Assembly: GCA_038064455.1 (NCBI GenBank)
Contig: JBBTTB010000005.1
Span: forward strand, 21,983-85,982
Direction: 5' to 3'
Length of the DNA: 64,000 bases
Origin: Patescibacteria group bacterium
Lineage (GTDB): Bacteria > Patescibacteriota > Minisyncoccia > 2-02-FULL-40-12 > GWA2-44-9
Positions 9,464 to 18,551 of this stretch are shown piece by piece (within the stretch, counting starts at the first letter, position 1; the number at the start of each line of letters is the position of its first letter). The notes below the pieces were generated by a model. It ran no database searches. It was not told where the DNA came from and worked only from the letters and a program-made list of their open reading frames with translations. Position numbers and translations under genes: made by a program.

Positions 9464-10933
9464 ATGCCTTTGGACGATATTCGTGATGGTCGCGTAGCAA
9501 AGCGCGCGCATCTTCTCGCATCACAGCAAGACCCATATCCCGCACACACCTCCCGCACGCACACTATTCGTGCGGTGCTTGATTCTTTCGATTCTTTGAA
9601 TGCAGAAGCAGCACCGCTCGTACTTGCGGGGCGCGTGATGGCTCGTCGTGAACATGGCGGCGCAATGTTCCTTGATCTCATGGATGCAAGCGGCACGTTA
9701 CAGCTTCACGCAACGCGTGATGCGCTGGGTGACGCTGTCTATGCGCTCCTTACCGAGACACTCGATATCGGAGATATCATCGAAGCGTCGGGCACTGTGT
9801 TTGTTACCAAGCGTGGCGAGCGAACGCTCGAAGTGCGCGGTGCGCGCATGCTTACCAAAACACTCTTGCCGTTGCCAGAAAAGTGGCATGGCCTGCAAGA
9901 CGTCGAAGAGCGCTACCGCAAGCGCTACCTCGATATTTTATTAAACACCTCCGTGCGTGAAAAGATGATCACACGCTCGCGTATCGTACAAGCAATGCGG
10001 AGCTTCATGCAGACGCACGGGTTCCTTGAAGTGCAGACGCCAACGCTCCAGCCGCTCTATGGCGGTGCATCCGCGCGCCCGTTCAAGACGCACATGCACG
10101 CGTTAGATATAGACCTCTACTTGCGCATCGCTCCAGAGCTGTACTTAAAGCGCTTGCTGGTTGCGGGCTTTGAGCGCGTGTGTGAATTCACCACGAACTT
10201 CCGCAATGAGGGCATCGATCGAGACCACAACCCAGAATTTTCTGGCATGGAGTTTTATGCCGCGTTCCAAGATCTTGATTGGGCGATGACCTTTACCGAA
10301 GAGCTTATGGCGCACGTGTTGGAATCATTGCAATTAGGCACCGCCACAACTTACCAAGGCACAGAAGTGCACTGGATGCGTCCGTTCGTCCGCGCTACAT
10401 TCTTCGAGCTCCTCAAAGAGCACGCCGGCGTTTCATATCTTGAAGCTTCAGAAGACGATATGCGAGCCGCGGCGCAGAAACTTGGTGTCACCATAGAAAA
10501 GCACGTGACGAAGCCGGGCATTGCCGATGAGCTTTTCAAAAAAGTAGTACGTCCTAACCTCGTTGAACCCACGTTTGTTATCGAGTATCCGGTAGAGCTT
10601 CTCCCGCTCGCGAAGCGCATCCCAGAGCGCCCTGAAGTGGTTAGCGCTTTCCAATTCTATGCAGGCGGCCTCGAGCTTATTAAAGCATTCACCGAACTCA
10701 ATGACCCCATAGATCAACGTGAGCGCTTCGCAGGACAAGAAAATCAGCGCGCAAAGGGCGACGAAGAAGCACAGCGCATGGACGAAGATTTCATTCAGGC
10801 ATTAGAATATGGCATGCCACCAGCCGCCGGGTGGGGCATTGGCCTTGATCGTTTTGTCGCACTCCTTACCGACTCTCATTCACTGCGAGAAGTAATCCTT
10901 TTCCCGCTCATGAAGCCGCAAGAGAACGAATAA
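9464..10933 (+). CDS. lysS: Lysyl-tRNA synthetase (class II)
   Basis: PLPEKWHGL, YLRIAPELYLKRL, FRNEGID and EYGMPPAAGWGIGLDR. Confidence 0.98.
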   Translation: MPLDDIRDGRVAKRAHLLASQQDPYPAHTSRTHTIRAVLDSFDSLNAEAAPLVLAGRVMARREHGGAMFLDLMDASGTLQLHATRDALGDAVYALLTETLDIGDIIEASGTVFVTKRGERTLEVRGARMLTKTLLPLPEKWHGLQDVEERYRKRYLDILLNTSVREKMITRSRIVQAMRSFMQTHGFLEVQTPTLQPLYGGASARPFKTHMHALDIDLYLRIAPELYLKRLLVAGFERVCEFTTNFRNEGIDRDHNPEFSGMEFYAAFQDLDWAMTFTEELMAHVLESLQLGTATTYQGTEVHWMRPFVRATFFELLKEHAGVSYLEASEDDMRAAAQKLGVTIEKHVTKPGIADELFKKVVRPNLVEPTFVIEYPVELLPLAKRIPERPEVVSAFQFYAGGLELIKAFTELNDPIDQRERFAGQENQRAKGDEEAQRMDEDFIQALEYGMPPAAGWGIGLDRFVALLTDSHSLREVILFPLMKPQENE

Positions 10934-10938
10934 CGTAT

Positions 10939-12213
10939 ATGCTCGACATTAAATTTATTAGAGAGAACGTAGACGCAGTAAAGAAAGCCATTGTACAAAA
11001 GGGCCTCACCCTTGATATCGCGGAACTTATTGCCGTTGACGAAAAACGCCGCACTGTAATGCAAAAGAGCGAATCTCTCCGCTCCGAGCAGAAAAAGACC
11101 GAGGACCGTGAAAAGGCGACTGCTTTAAAAGCTGAATTTAAAGAACTTGAGGCCGAGCTTGAGCTTATTGAAAAAGAGTACATGAGGTTGATGGCTCAAG
11201 TTCCGAATATCCCGTCAGAAGATACGCCAGTAGGGAAAGATGGGCATGATAATGTTGAAGTATTCAGCTCGGGCGACCTTCCGAAATTTGATTTTGAGCC
11301 AAAGGATCACATTGCATTAGCTAAGCGTTTGAATGTGATTGATTTTGAACGAGGGGCAAAGGTTGCTGGCTACCGTGGATACTATCTGAAAAATGAGGGC
11401 GCACAGTTAGCGCTGGCTTTAATGATGTTCGCGCTCAACAAAATGATTGCCAAAGGCTATCAGCCCATGATTCCGCCAACCCTCGTTAAGGGAGCGGCAT
11501 TATTTGGAAGCGGGTATTTTAAGGGGTTGGAATACGATCCCGCAGTAGATGAGATTTACGAAATTGCGTCTCAAGATCGTAATATGAGCGGGGAGCAAAG
11601 TAAAGAAAAGAAGTTTCTTGTGGGCACAGCCGAGCCCTCTCTTCTTGCGTACTATGGAAACGAGATAGTAAAGGAAGACGACTTACCCATTCGTATAGCT
11701 GGCTTTAGTCAGTGTTATCGGAGCGAGATTGGTAGTTACGGAAAAGACACCAAGGGCTTATATCGCGTCCATGAATTCATGAAGGTGGAGCAGGTGGTGA
11801 TAACAACCGCCGATGTTGCAGATAGCGACAAGCTTCAGCAAGAGATGACTCAGATCACCCGTGAGATTCATGCCGACCTTGGTTTGCCGTTCCGACAAAT
11901 TCAAATCTGTACTGGTGACATGGGGTTAGGCAAATACAAAATGTTTGATACTGAAGTCTGGCTTCCTGGCTCAAGGCGTTGGGCTGAAACAGGTTCGGCG
12001 AGCAACTTTTTAGATTGGCAGGCGCGTAGATTAAACATTCGATATACAACAAAGTCTGGCGAAAAGAAATTCGCGTATCTTTTGAATAACACCGCACTTC
12101 CAACCCCTCGTCCATTGATAGCAATTCTGGAGAATTACCAAACGAAGGACGGCACAATAAAAATTCCAGAAGTTCTTATCCCGTACATGGGGGGTAAGAA
12201 AGAAATCGTTTAA
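10939..12213 (+). CDS. serS: Seryl-tRNA synthetase
   Basis: MLDIKFIREN, GTAE, CYRSEIG, GLYRVHEFMKVEQ and ILENYQ. Confidence 0.97.
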   Translation: MLDIKFIRENVDAVKKAIVQKGLTLDIAELIAVDEKRRTVMQKSESLRSEQKKTEDREKATALKAEFKELEAELELIEKEYMRLMAQVPNIPSEDTPVGKDGHDNVEVFSSGDLPKFDFEPKDHIALAKRLNVIDFERGAKVAGYRGYYLKNEGAQLALALMMFALNKMIAKGYQPMIPPTLVKGAALFGSGYFKGLEYDPAVDEIYEIASQDRNMSGEQSKEKKFLVGTAEPSLLAYYGNEIVKEDDLPIRIAGFSQCYRSEIGSYGKDTKGLYRVHEFMKVEQVVITTADVADSDKLQQEMTQITREIHADLGLPFRQIQICTGDMGLGKYKMFDTEVWLPGSRRWAETGSASNFLDWQARRLNIRYTTKSGEKKFAYLLNNTALPTPRPLIAILENYQTKDGTIKIPEVLIPYMGGKKEIV

Positions 12214-12214
12214 T

Positions 12215-13039
12215 ATGCCTGTACGTCCTCTCGCATCAACGTCCGTGCGCACGTCGGACCGATTTGCACGTCGGAGGGAGCGTCGCGAACGCATCATGCG
12301 CTGGAGCTTTGGTTCCGCTGCCACTGTGGCTATTGTGGGAAGCGTGTACACACTCTTTTTCTCACCGTGGCTTTCCGTGCGCTCGATAGGTGTGGAGGGC
12401 ATGCAGTCACTGGACCAAGAAACGCTCCTCGCCCACATTCATACAGAACGTGAGCGCCGCACATGGGGATACGCGCGTGAGCACTATATGATCCTTGCGC
12501 GTCCCGATCACATCGCGGCATCATTGATTGCCGCATTTCCTATACTTGAGACTGTCACTACAGATAAACAGTTTCCCCATTCCATCACATTCACGGTGCG
12601 TGAGCGTACTCCCGTTGCGCGCTGGTGCGTTGGTGAAGAGTGCGCGCTCATCGATGCTTCTGCGGTACGCTGGGACCCAATAGGCAACACCGCGCCCGAT
12701 AGTCTTCCTATGGTTCGCGATATGCGAAATGGTATGCGCTGGCCCCAGAGCGATACTGCCATTCTCAATATCATCGACACGCTTCTCCCACAGTTTCGTG
12801 CGATGCAGATCGAACCACTCTCATGGGATCTTCCAGAAACAGCAGTTCCAGAGCTCCGCATTCTTGTTGCCGGAGGAAGTGAGCTACGCTTCAGCTTAGA
12901 AGACGACATACAAAAACAAATTACCGTGCTTGCGGTGTTTTTGCGCGATACACCCGGCACTATCGGAGCGTATCAGTATCTCGACATGCGCATTCCGGGG
13001 CGCGTCTACGTAAAGAAAAGGGGAGAAAATACGCCGTAA
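12215..13039 (+). CDS. FtsQ/DivIB-like cell division protein (POTRA)
   Basis: Basic N-terminus and TM, FFSPWLSVRSIGVEG, KQFPHSITFTVRERTP and C-terminal YLDMRIPGRVYVK. Confidence 0.75.
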   Translation: MPVRPLASTSVRTSDRFARRRERRERIMRWSFGSAATVAIVGSVYTLFFSPWLSVRSIGVEGMQSLDQETLLAHIHTERERRTWGYAREHYMILARPDHIAASLIAAFPILETVTTDKQFPHSITFTVRERTPVARWCVGEECALIDASAVRWDPIGNTAPDSLPMVRDMRNGMRWPQSDTAILNIIDTLLPQFRAMQIEPLSWDLPETAVPELRILVAGGSELRFSLEDDIQKQITVLAVFLRDTPGTIGAYQYLDMRIPGRVYVKKRGENTP

Positions 13040-13048
13040 TGGGGGCTA

Positions 13049-13076
13049 TTGACTCGCTCGCTGGGTATGCTATAAT
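13049..13076 (+). promoter_or_regulatory. Sigma70-type promoter driving a non-coding transcript
   Basis: TTGACT-N16-TATAAT with an extended -10 TG. Confidence 0.75.
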
Positions 13077-13081
13077 AGATA

Positions 13082-13576
13082 CAGCCTCCTAGTTCTTTAA
13101 ACAACCGGGCCGCAAGGCTCGGAAAAAGCAAAGAAGCAGTATTCCTTGTTTTTTCCGGGTCTTGATCTGCAGGTCTCGCCTGGGCACTGAAGCTTATGGA
13201 TGGTCAACGCGACCATGGAAGCGGTTTGCCGACCTCTACCGTATCCTGAAGGCCTGTCAAGCAGGTCGATACGCCAAAAAGCTTATGAGGCTGGTGTAAG
13301 TGTTTCGTAGTCGTCGGTGCGCATGGAGACGGCCAAGCCGCAACAGTGCTCAAGCGTTCGATTCTCGACGACGGTCTGGCGGAGCGGCGCGCCTCTATAC
13401 TCCCCAGATTTCCTAATCCAGGCCAATCGGCCTTCAGCTCCTTTCTTCTCCGCCACCGGGCTATTAAGCCCTCCGACGTTCCCGTTTTCCGCAAGTCAGG
13501 GCCATCGAGCCCTTCCGTTGCGGGCCAGTAGGCCCGCCTGCCCCCCAAAGCTTTTTGCTGCGGGGGGTACTTTTTT
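13082..13576 (+). ncRNA. Candidate large (~490 nt) structured non-coding RNA of unknown family
   Basis: Own promoter, boxA-like GTTCTTTAAACAA at 13092, many long-range helices with G-U pairs, terminal GC hairpin with T tract, no credible ORF. Confidence 0.6.
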
Positions 13577-13584
13577 ATACAAAC

Positions 13585-15015
13585 CTACGGAAGTACGAGC
13601 ACGAGCGTGCCGTCAGAGATGCGCACCCTACTGTATTGCTCTGGAGAGAGATACAGAATGTTTTTGATCTGTTGCTGTTCTTCGGTGAACGTTTGCGTGA
13701 GGAAGCGGATCGGTGCGCTCTGGGCAGTAGTACGTGCAATAATGATCACCGGCCCGCCGTGTTCGCGGATGCGCTTGAGCATAGAGACATCATCAGCGCG
13801 ATAAAGCTCGCGGACATCAGGGTTTGTGCCCCAAATGACGTGCGCACGCACTGTTTCTGCAACGCCCATAGCGAGCACAAACGTGAGTGCAACCATAACC
13901 GCGGTCAAAGCTCCTTCCTGCACGTGCATGCTTCCGTGTGGCAAACGCACACTCAAATCATGAGGGTGCTTGGCGTGATACCAGTCAGCGAGGCGATCCA
14001 TGAACCACCACAGAGCTTGTCCTGCAAAGAGGAATACCACCGGCGCAATGCTCGCAAGGCGTATGGTTACGCGCAGATCATCGATGAGGGCTCCTCCCAC
14101 AAGGCCACAGAAGAACCATGCAACAAGAAGCGTGTGGGTCGGCGATACGTGGCTGCTTCCGTTGAGCTCCTTAAGGATCTTAATGATATTGCGCAAGAGC
14201 CCAGTGAGCGCGAGCGCAGCTACGGGCCAGAACACGAGCGAGCTTCCTACGATGCCATTCTGCCATTGCGTAATGCTAGGCATAAAAAGCCGCGCGAGCG
14301 CCGTGCGAACGCCGGCGCTCCAATCTGCAACAAGCGCGGTGCCTGCAGATGCGGGCAAAATGTTTTGTGCGCCAAAATATGAAACGAGCAAGAGCGCAAC
14401 AATACCAAAGAGAATAAATCCATTCCGCAGTGAATCATGCGCGCGTTGTGCACGAGCATCCTGCGTGTGTACACGCGTCATGTGGAAATACACCGCCGCG
14501 GCGATCGCGCCAGCAAGGAGCATGGGGCGTGCAAGGGTGTGTGTAGAGAGCGCCGCCGCCCAGATAATAGCCGCCGCCGCAAAGGTACCATGCGTGTGAG
14601 TAGCGAGGGCCATCCACAGCGCATAGAATCCCCACGTCGCAAAGAAGGCGAGGCTTGCTTCAGGGAGTGCGGTGCGTGAAATGAGGAAATACCAGAACGA
14701 ACCCGCGTAGAGAATGCTGGAAAGCGAAGCGATCTCCCACGAAAACAGTCTGCGTGCGAGGAAATAGAGGCCGGCAACCGACCCAATGCCAAAGAGAAGT
14801 GATGGAATGCGCGCTGCCCATGGGGTTGGGCCAAAAATGTGGATAGATACGTTTTGGAGTACGCCGTACACGCCGCTTTCTGGTTCTGCGAGAACGCGAA
14901 TAGCGTGTTGTGCTTCGCTACCAGAGATGCCAGCAGGAATACCACCGATATTAAACAACGAAACAACGAGCGTACCGAGGATAAGTGCGCCAAGCGCGAT
15001 TCGATGTAGATGCAT
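13585..15015 (-). CDS. ArnT/PMT-like (GT-C) membrane glycosyltransferase
   Basis: IFGPTPWAARIPSLLFG, LYFLARRLFS and ISRTALPE; many TM segments; likely start MHLHRIALG at 15015. Confidence 0.75.
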   Translation of the reverse strand: MHLHRIALGALILGTLVVSLFNIGGIPAGISGSEAQHAIRVLAEPESGVYGVLQNVSIHIFGPTPWAARIPSLLFGIGSVAGLYFLARRLFSWEIASLSSILYAGSFWYFLISRTALPEASLAFFATWGFYALWMALATHTHGTFAAAAIIWAAALSTHTLARPMLLAGAIAAAVYFHMTRVHTQDARAQRAHDSLRNGFILFGIVALLLVSYFGAQNILPASAGTALVADWSAGVRTALARLFMPSITQWQNGIVGSSLVFWPVAALALTGLLRNIIKILKELNGSSHVSPTHTLLVAWFFCGLVGGALIDDLRVTIRLASIAPVVFLFAGQALWWFMDRLADWYHAKHPHDLSVRLPHGSMHVQEGALTAVMVALTFVLAMGVAETVRAHVIWGTNPDVRELYRADDVSMLKRIREHGGPVIIIARTTAQSAPIRFLTQTFTEEQQQIKNILYLSPEQYSRVRISDGTLVLVLP

Positions 15016-15089
15016 AATGGTAAAATATAGCACATTATGCGCAGGAGATGGGCTTGGACAAGTGGAAAGTGTGATATACTTTCCACTGT

Positions 15090-15485
15090 ATGAGTGAAGA
15101 AACACACGTCCAAATTGAGCAAGACATTCGTCGCCTTGAAAGTGAGCTCGCAAAGAAGCGTGCCACGCGCGATAGCGCCGTAGAGCAGAATGCAGGGGAG
15201 CAACATGATGACCAAGCGGCACTTCGTGAGGTAGTGCGTGAACACATTGTAGGTGCTCCAGCGCCAGCACCCGTTGAAGGGCACGGGCCCGCGGTTCCAT
15301 TAAACGATGATCAGGTTTCGCAGGTGCAAGCATTGGTACAAACAGCTCTTTCCGACGGTCTTGATGCCGCAGTGGTAGCCGCGCGCGCGACAAACAACCC
15401 TGCACTCATCGATGCTCTGCATGACGCGCTCGCGGACGTGTACTGGAAAGAAATGCTCCAGCGCGGTTTTGTAAAAGCACTCTAA
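15090..15485 (+). CDS. Hypothetical protein upstream of the VirD4-like ATPase
   Basis: Clean ORF with C-terminal NPALIDALHDALAD; ends 6 nt before the next gene. Confidence 0.75.
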   Translation: MSEETHVQIEQDIRRLESELAKKRATRDSAVEQNAGEQHDDQAALREVVREHIVGAPAPAPVEGHGPAVPLNDDQVSQVQALVQTALSDGLDAAVVAARATNNPALIDALHDALADVYWKEMLQRGFVKAL

Positions 15486-15491
15486 TTCTTC

Positions 15492-17921
15492 GTGTCAGGT
15501 ATTTTTCTTATTGCTTACGGTGCGGTGTTTATACTCACGGCGGCTGCCGCGCTCGTATTTTTTGGCTCCCTCCGTGCGCGAGGACGTATTATGCGCGGCA
15601 TGGATATGTCGCTCTATCGCATCACGTTGCCACGTGAGGTCCAGCCAGCGCAAAAACAAGATCGCGAGCTGATCGCAGTGATGGAGCAACTCTTTGCTTC
15701 TATCACGAGTATCCACGCGCGCGGATGGAATAAGTTTATATACGGCGAGCCATACCTCGCGCTCGAGATGGCAGTGCACCACATGGGTGAAGACATTTTC
15801 TTTTATTGTGCCGTTCCTAAAAACTACGAAGCGGTATTCGTGAAGCAGGTACACGGCCTGTATCCAACTGCAGAAGTAGTGCAGTCTCCCGAATACACTA
15901 TTTTTCATCCGACGGGCGCATTTGCCGGATCATATCTCTCGCAAAAGAAAGAGGCCATTCTCCCATTCCGTACCTATGCGCGCCTTGAAAGCGATCCCCT
16001 TGGTGGCATTATTTCTGCGCTCTCAAAACTAGAAAAAGAAGGTGAGGGCGCGGCAATCCAGGTACTCATTCGTCCATCGCATCAAGAGAGCGTTCGTTCT
16101 CTCGCACAACGCGTCGCGCAGGAGATGCAGAAAGGCAATCCATTCAAAGAAGCTTTTTCACGCGCAACATCCAGCAAGAAAAAAGAACCAGAAGAATCGG
16201 CAAAACCAGCTACTGCATTTGAAGACGACGTCATTAAAGCGCTCCAGAGCAAAGCATCACGACCACTCTTTGATACCAACGTGCGCATTCTCGTGTCTGC
16301 CGAGACTCAAGATCGCGCCGACGCCATGCTGAACGACATTCAGTCGTCGTTTGTGCAGTTGGGGAGCCCAGATTTAAATGAACTGACGCCCGTTGGTTTG
16401 CGCGCTAAAGGGAAAGACAAACTTGCCTACGAATATGCATTCCGCATGTTCAACGATTCGTACACGATGCAGCTTTCCAGCGAAGAGCTTGCAAGCATCT
16501 ACCATTTTCCACTCCAACATAGTCAATCACCTCGCGTTGCGTTCTCGCATGTAAAAGCGGCAGAGCCACCCACAAATCTTCCAGAGCAAGGCATTATTCT
16601 GGGCGCGAATGTGTTCCGGGGTCAAGAACGCCCCGTGCGTATGACAGATTCAGATCGTCGTCGCCACCTCTACGTGGTAGGACAGACGGGCACTGGCAAA
16701 ACAACGCTCATGAAGCACATGATCGCGCAAGATATTCGTGCCGGGAAAGGCGTATGCATTATTGATCCCCACGGTGATTTTGCCGAATATGCGCTTTCAG
16801 TGATTCCGAAAGAACGCGTCGATGACGTTGTCTATTTCAATCCGGGAGACATTGATCGTCCGTTGGGCTTAAACATTCTTGAATTCGATCCCGCAAAGCC
16901 AGAACAAAAAACATTCCTTGCAAACGAGCTGTTGGCGATTATTAAATCGCTGTATAAATCACTTCCTGAAGCGTTCGGGCCGATGTTTGAGCAATACTTT
17001 AAGAACGCCATTTTACTCGTGATGGATGTCTACGAGCGCGCAGTGCGCGAGAAGGGTTCCAAAGAAGGATTAGAGCACCTCATTCCTACGATGGCGGACA
17101 TTCCGCGCATTCTCGTTGATGAAGACTATCGCCGCGAAAAGCTTGCGCTCGAAGATAACCCGCTCGTGAAATCATTCTGGGAACTGGAGGCAGAAAAAGC
17201 AGGTGGCGATGCGGCATTGGCCAACATGGCGCCCTACATCAACTCAAAGCTCAATCCATTTTTAGCGAATGACTATTTACGTCCCATTGTGGGGCAGAAG
17301 GTGAGCGCGTTTGATTTTCGTGCCATCATGGATGGAAAGAAGATTCTTATTGTAAATCTTTCCAAAGGCCGCATTGGCGAAATGAACGCGAACTTGTTGG
17401 GCATGATGATTGTCTCGCGCCTGCTTATGGCCGCACTTGGTCGCGTTGACCTGCCCGAAGAACAGCGAAACGATTTTTACCTCTACGTTGATGAGTTCCA
17501 AAACGTTACCACAGACAGTATTGCTACGATTCTTTCAGAAGCACGAAAATATCGCCTTGATCTCATCATCGCGCACCAGTACATCAAACAGATCCCCGAA
17601 GCAATCCGCGATGCCGTGTTTGGTAACGTCGGTTCGCAGATTGCGTTTCGCATTGGCTCCGATGACGCCGAAGCGTTGAAGAATAAATTTGAACCCGTGT
17701 TCACGCCTGCGGATCTTTCCAGCATCGACAACTTCAACGCGCATGTGCGTATGCTCATCGATGGGCAAAATGCGCGCCCTTTTTCCATTCAAACGATTCG
17801 TGAACCTGCGGGGGATCCTCGCTTAGTGAGCGCACTTGCAGAACTCTCTCGGTTGACGCATGGCCGTCCGCGTGCATTGATAGAGGAAGAATTGAAGAGC
17901 GGTTATCGAACCAATGCCTAG
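15492..17921 (+). CDS. Membrane-anchored VirD4/TraD-like type IV secretion coupling ATPase
   Basis: N-terminal TM, RRHLYVVGQTGTGKT Walker A, IDPHGD, LYVDEFQN Walker B, LSEARKYRL and AHQYIKQ; GTG start. Confidence 0.88.
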   Translation: MSGIFLIAYGAVFILTAAAALVFFGSLRARGRIMRGMDMSLYRITLPREVQPAQKQDRELIAVMEQLFASITSIHARGWNKFIYGEPYLALEMAVHHMGEDIFFYCAVPKNYEAVFVKQVHGLYPTAEVVQSPEYTIFHPTGAFAGSYLSQKKEAILPFRTYARLESDPLGGIISALSKLEKEGEGAAIQVLIRPSHQESVRSLAQRVAQEMQKGNPFKEAFSRATSSKKKEPEESAKPATAFEDDVIKALQSKASRPLFDTNVRILVSAETQDRADAMLNDIQSSFVQLGSPDLNELTPVGLRAKGKDKLAYEYAFRMFNDSYTMQLSSEELASIYHFPLQHSQSPRVAFSHVKAAEPPTNLPEQGIILGANVFRGQERPVRMTDSDRRRHLYVVGQTGTGKTTLMKHMIAQDIRAGKGVCIIDPHGDFAEYALSVIPKERVDDVVYFNPGDIDRPLGLNILEFDPAKPEQKTFLANELLAIIKSLYKSLPEAFGPMFEQYFKNAILLVMDVYERAVREKGSKEGLEHLIPTMADIPRILVDEDYRREKLALEDNPLVKSFWELEAEKAGGDAALANMAPYINSKLNPFLANDYLRPIVGQKVSAFDFRAIMDGKKILIVNLSKGRIGEMNANLLGMMIVSRLLMAALGRVDLPEEQRNDFYLYVDEFQNVTTDSIATILSEARKYRLDLIIAHQYIKQIPEAIRDAVFGNVGSQIAFRIGSDDAEALKNKFEPVFTPADLSSIDNFNAHVRMLIDGQNARPFSIQTIREPAGDPRLVSALAELSRLTHGRPRALIEEELKSGYRTNA

Positions 17922-18525
17922 CTTATCTCGCCTCGACTATCTCGGCGCACTTATAACGGGTGCTACGACCGGCTGTATCGCATGGCAGATTTTTTCGTGG
18001 TTTGATATACCGCTTTATCTTGGGTTTTCATGGGCGTGGCTGGTTGTGCTCGTCCCCGTGCTTTGGCTACTCGGTGTGATCAAAGGCTACCTTTTAGGGA
18101 AATATGTTGCCCCCGTCTTCGCTGATTTTGGAAAATTTGTTGCCGTAGGTTCTACGAACGCCGCAGTCGATTTCGGCATTATGTATTTTCTCATTGCGCA
18201 GACTGGCATTGCCTCTGGCGGCTGGTTCTCTCTGTTTAAAACAGCTTCATTTATAGTTGCATTAGGCCACAGTTACACCTGGAACGCACTGTGGGTGTTT
18301 TCTAACCACGGCCGTGGTTTAAACCGCCGTGACTTTATTCGCTTTACTACCGTGGCGCTGGTTGCCCTCGCGGTGAACGTCGGCATAGCTTCATTCGTGG
18401 TGAATGGCATAGGACCTATGTTTGACCTCTCTCTGCGCGCCTGGGCCGGCGTAGGAGCTGTGGCGGGCTCTCTCCTCGCGCTCTTAGTGAGCTTCACCGG
18501 TTTTCGAAAGGTAGTCTTTGCGTGA
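17914..18525 (+). CDS. GtrA-family membrane protein
   Basis: FGKFVAVGSTNAAVDFG, SYTWNALWVF and FTGFRKVVF. Confidence 0.8.
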   Translation: MPSLSRLDYLGALITGATTGCIAWQIFSWFDIPLYLGFSWAWLVVLVPVLWLLGVIKGYLLGKYVAPVFADFGKFVAVGSTNAAVDFGIMYFLIAQTGIASGGWFSLFKTASFIVALGHSYTWNALWVFSNHGRGLNRRDFIRFTTVALVALAVNVGIASFVVNGIGPMFDLSLRAWAGVGAVAGSLLALLVSFTGFRKVVFA

Positions 18526-18551
18526 CGCCCTCTTTCTGGTAAGGTGCCTCT

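Noticed and set aside
10939-12213. AT-richer composition of most of serS suggesting xenologous replacement
   Set aside because: This is an impression by eye only. It cannot be separated from expression-related codon bias without computation.
13082-13576. tmRNA, RNase P, SRP or self-splicing intron as the identity of the large RNA
   Set aside because: There is no GGGGxxG...CTCCACCA acceptor with a paired T arm (GTTCGATT at 13356 has no proper stem), no GAGGAAAGTCC, no SRP GGAAGG/AGCAG loop, and no group II domain V or group I P7 core.
13204-13667. ORF-track ORFs 13204-13548(-), 13317-13667(+) and 13346-13531(+)
   Set aside because: No SD or leaderless promoter, low-information R/P/S-rich translations, and overlap with the structured RNA or the convergent gene.
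15016-15405. N-terminal 130-aa extension of the 606-aa glycosyltransferase ORF
   Set aside because: It overlaps the real + strand gene 15090-15485. The likely start is ATG 15015.
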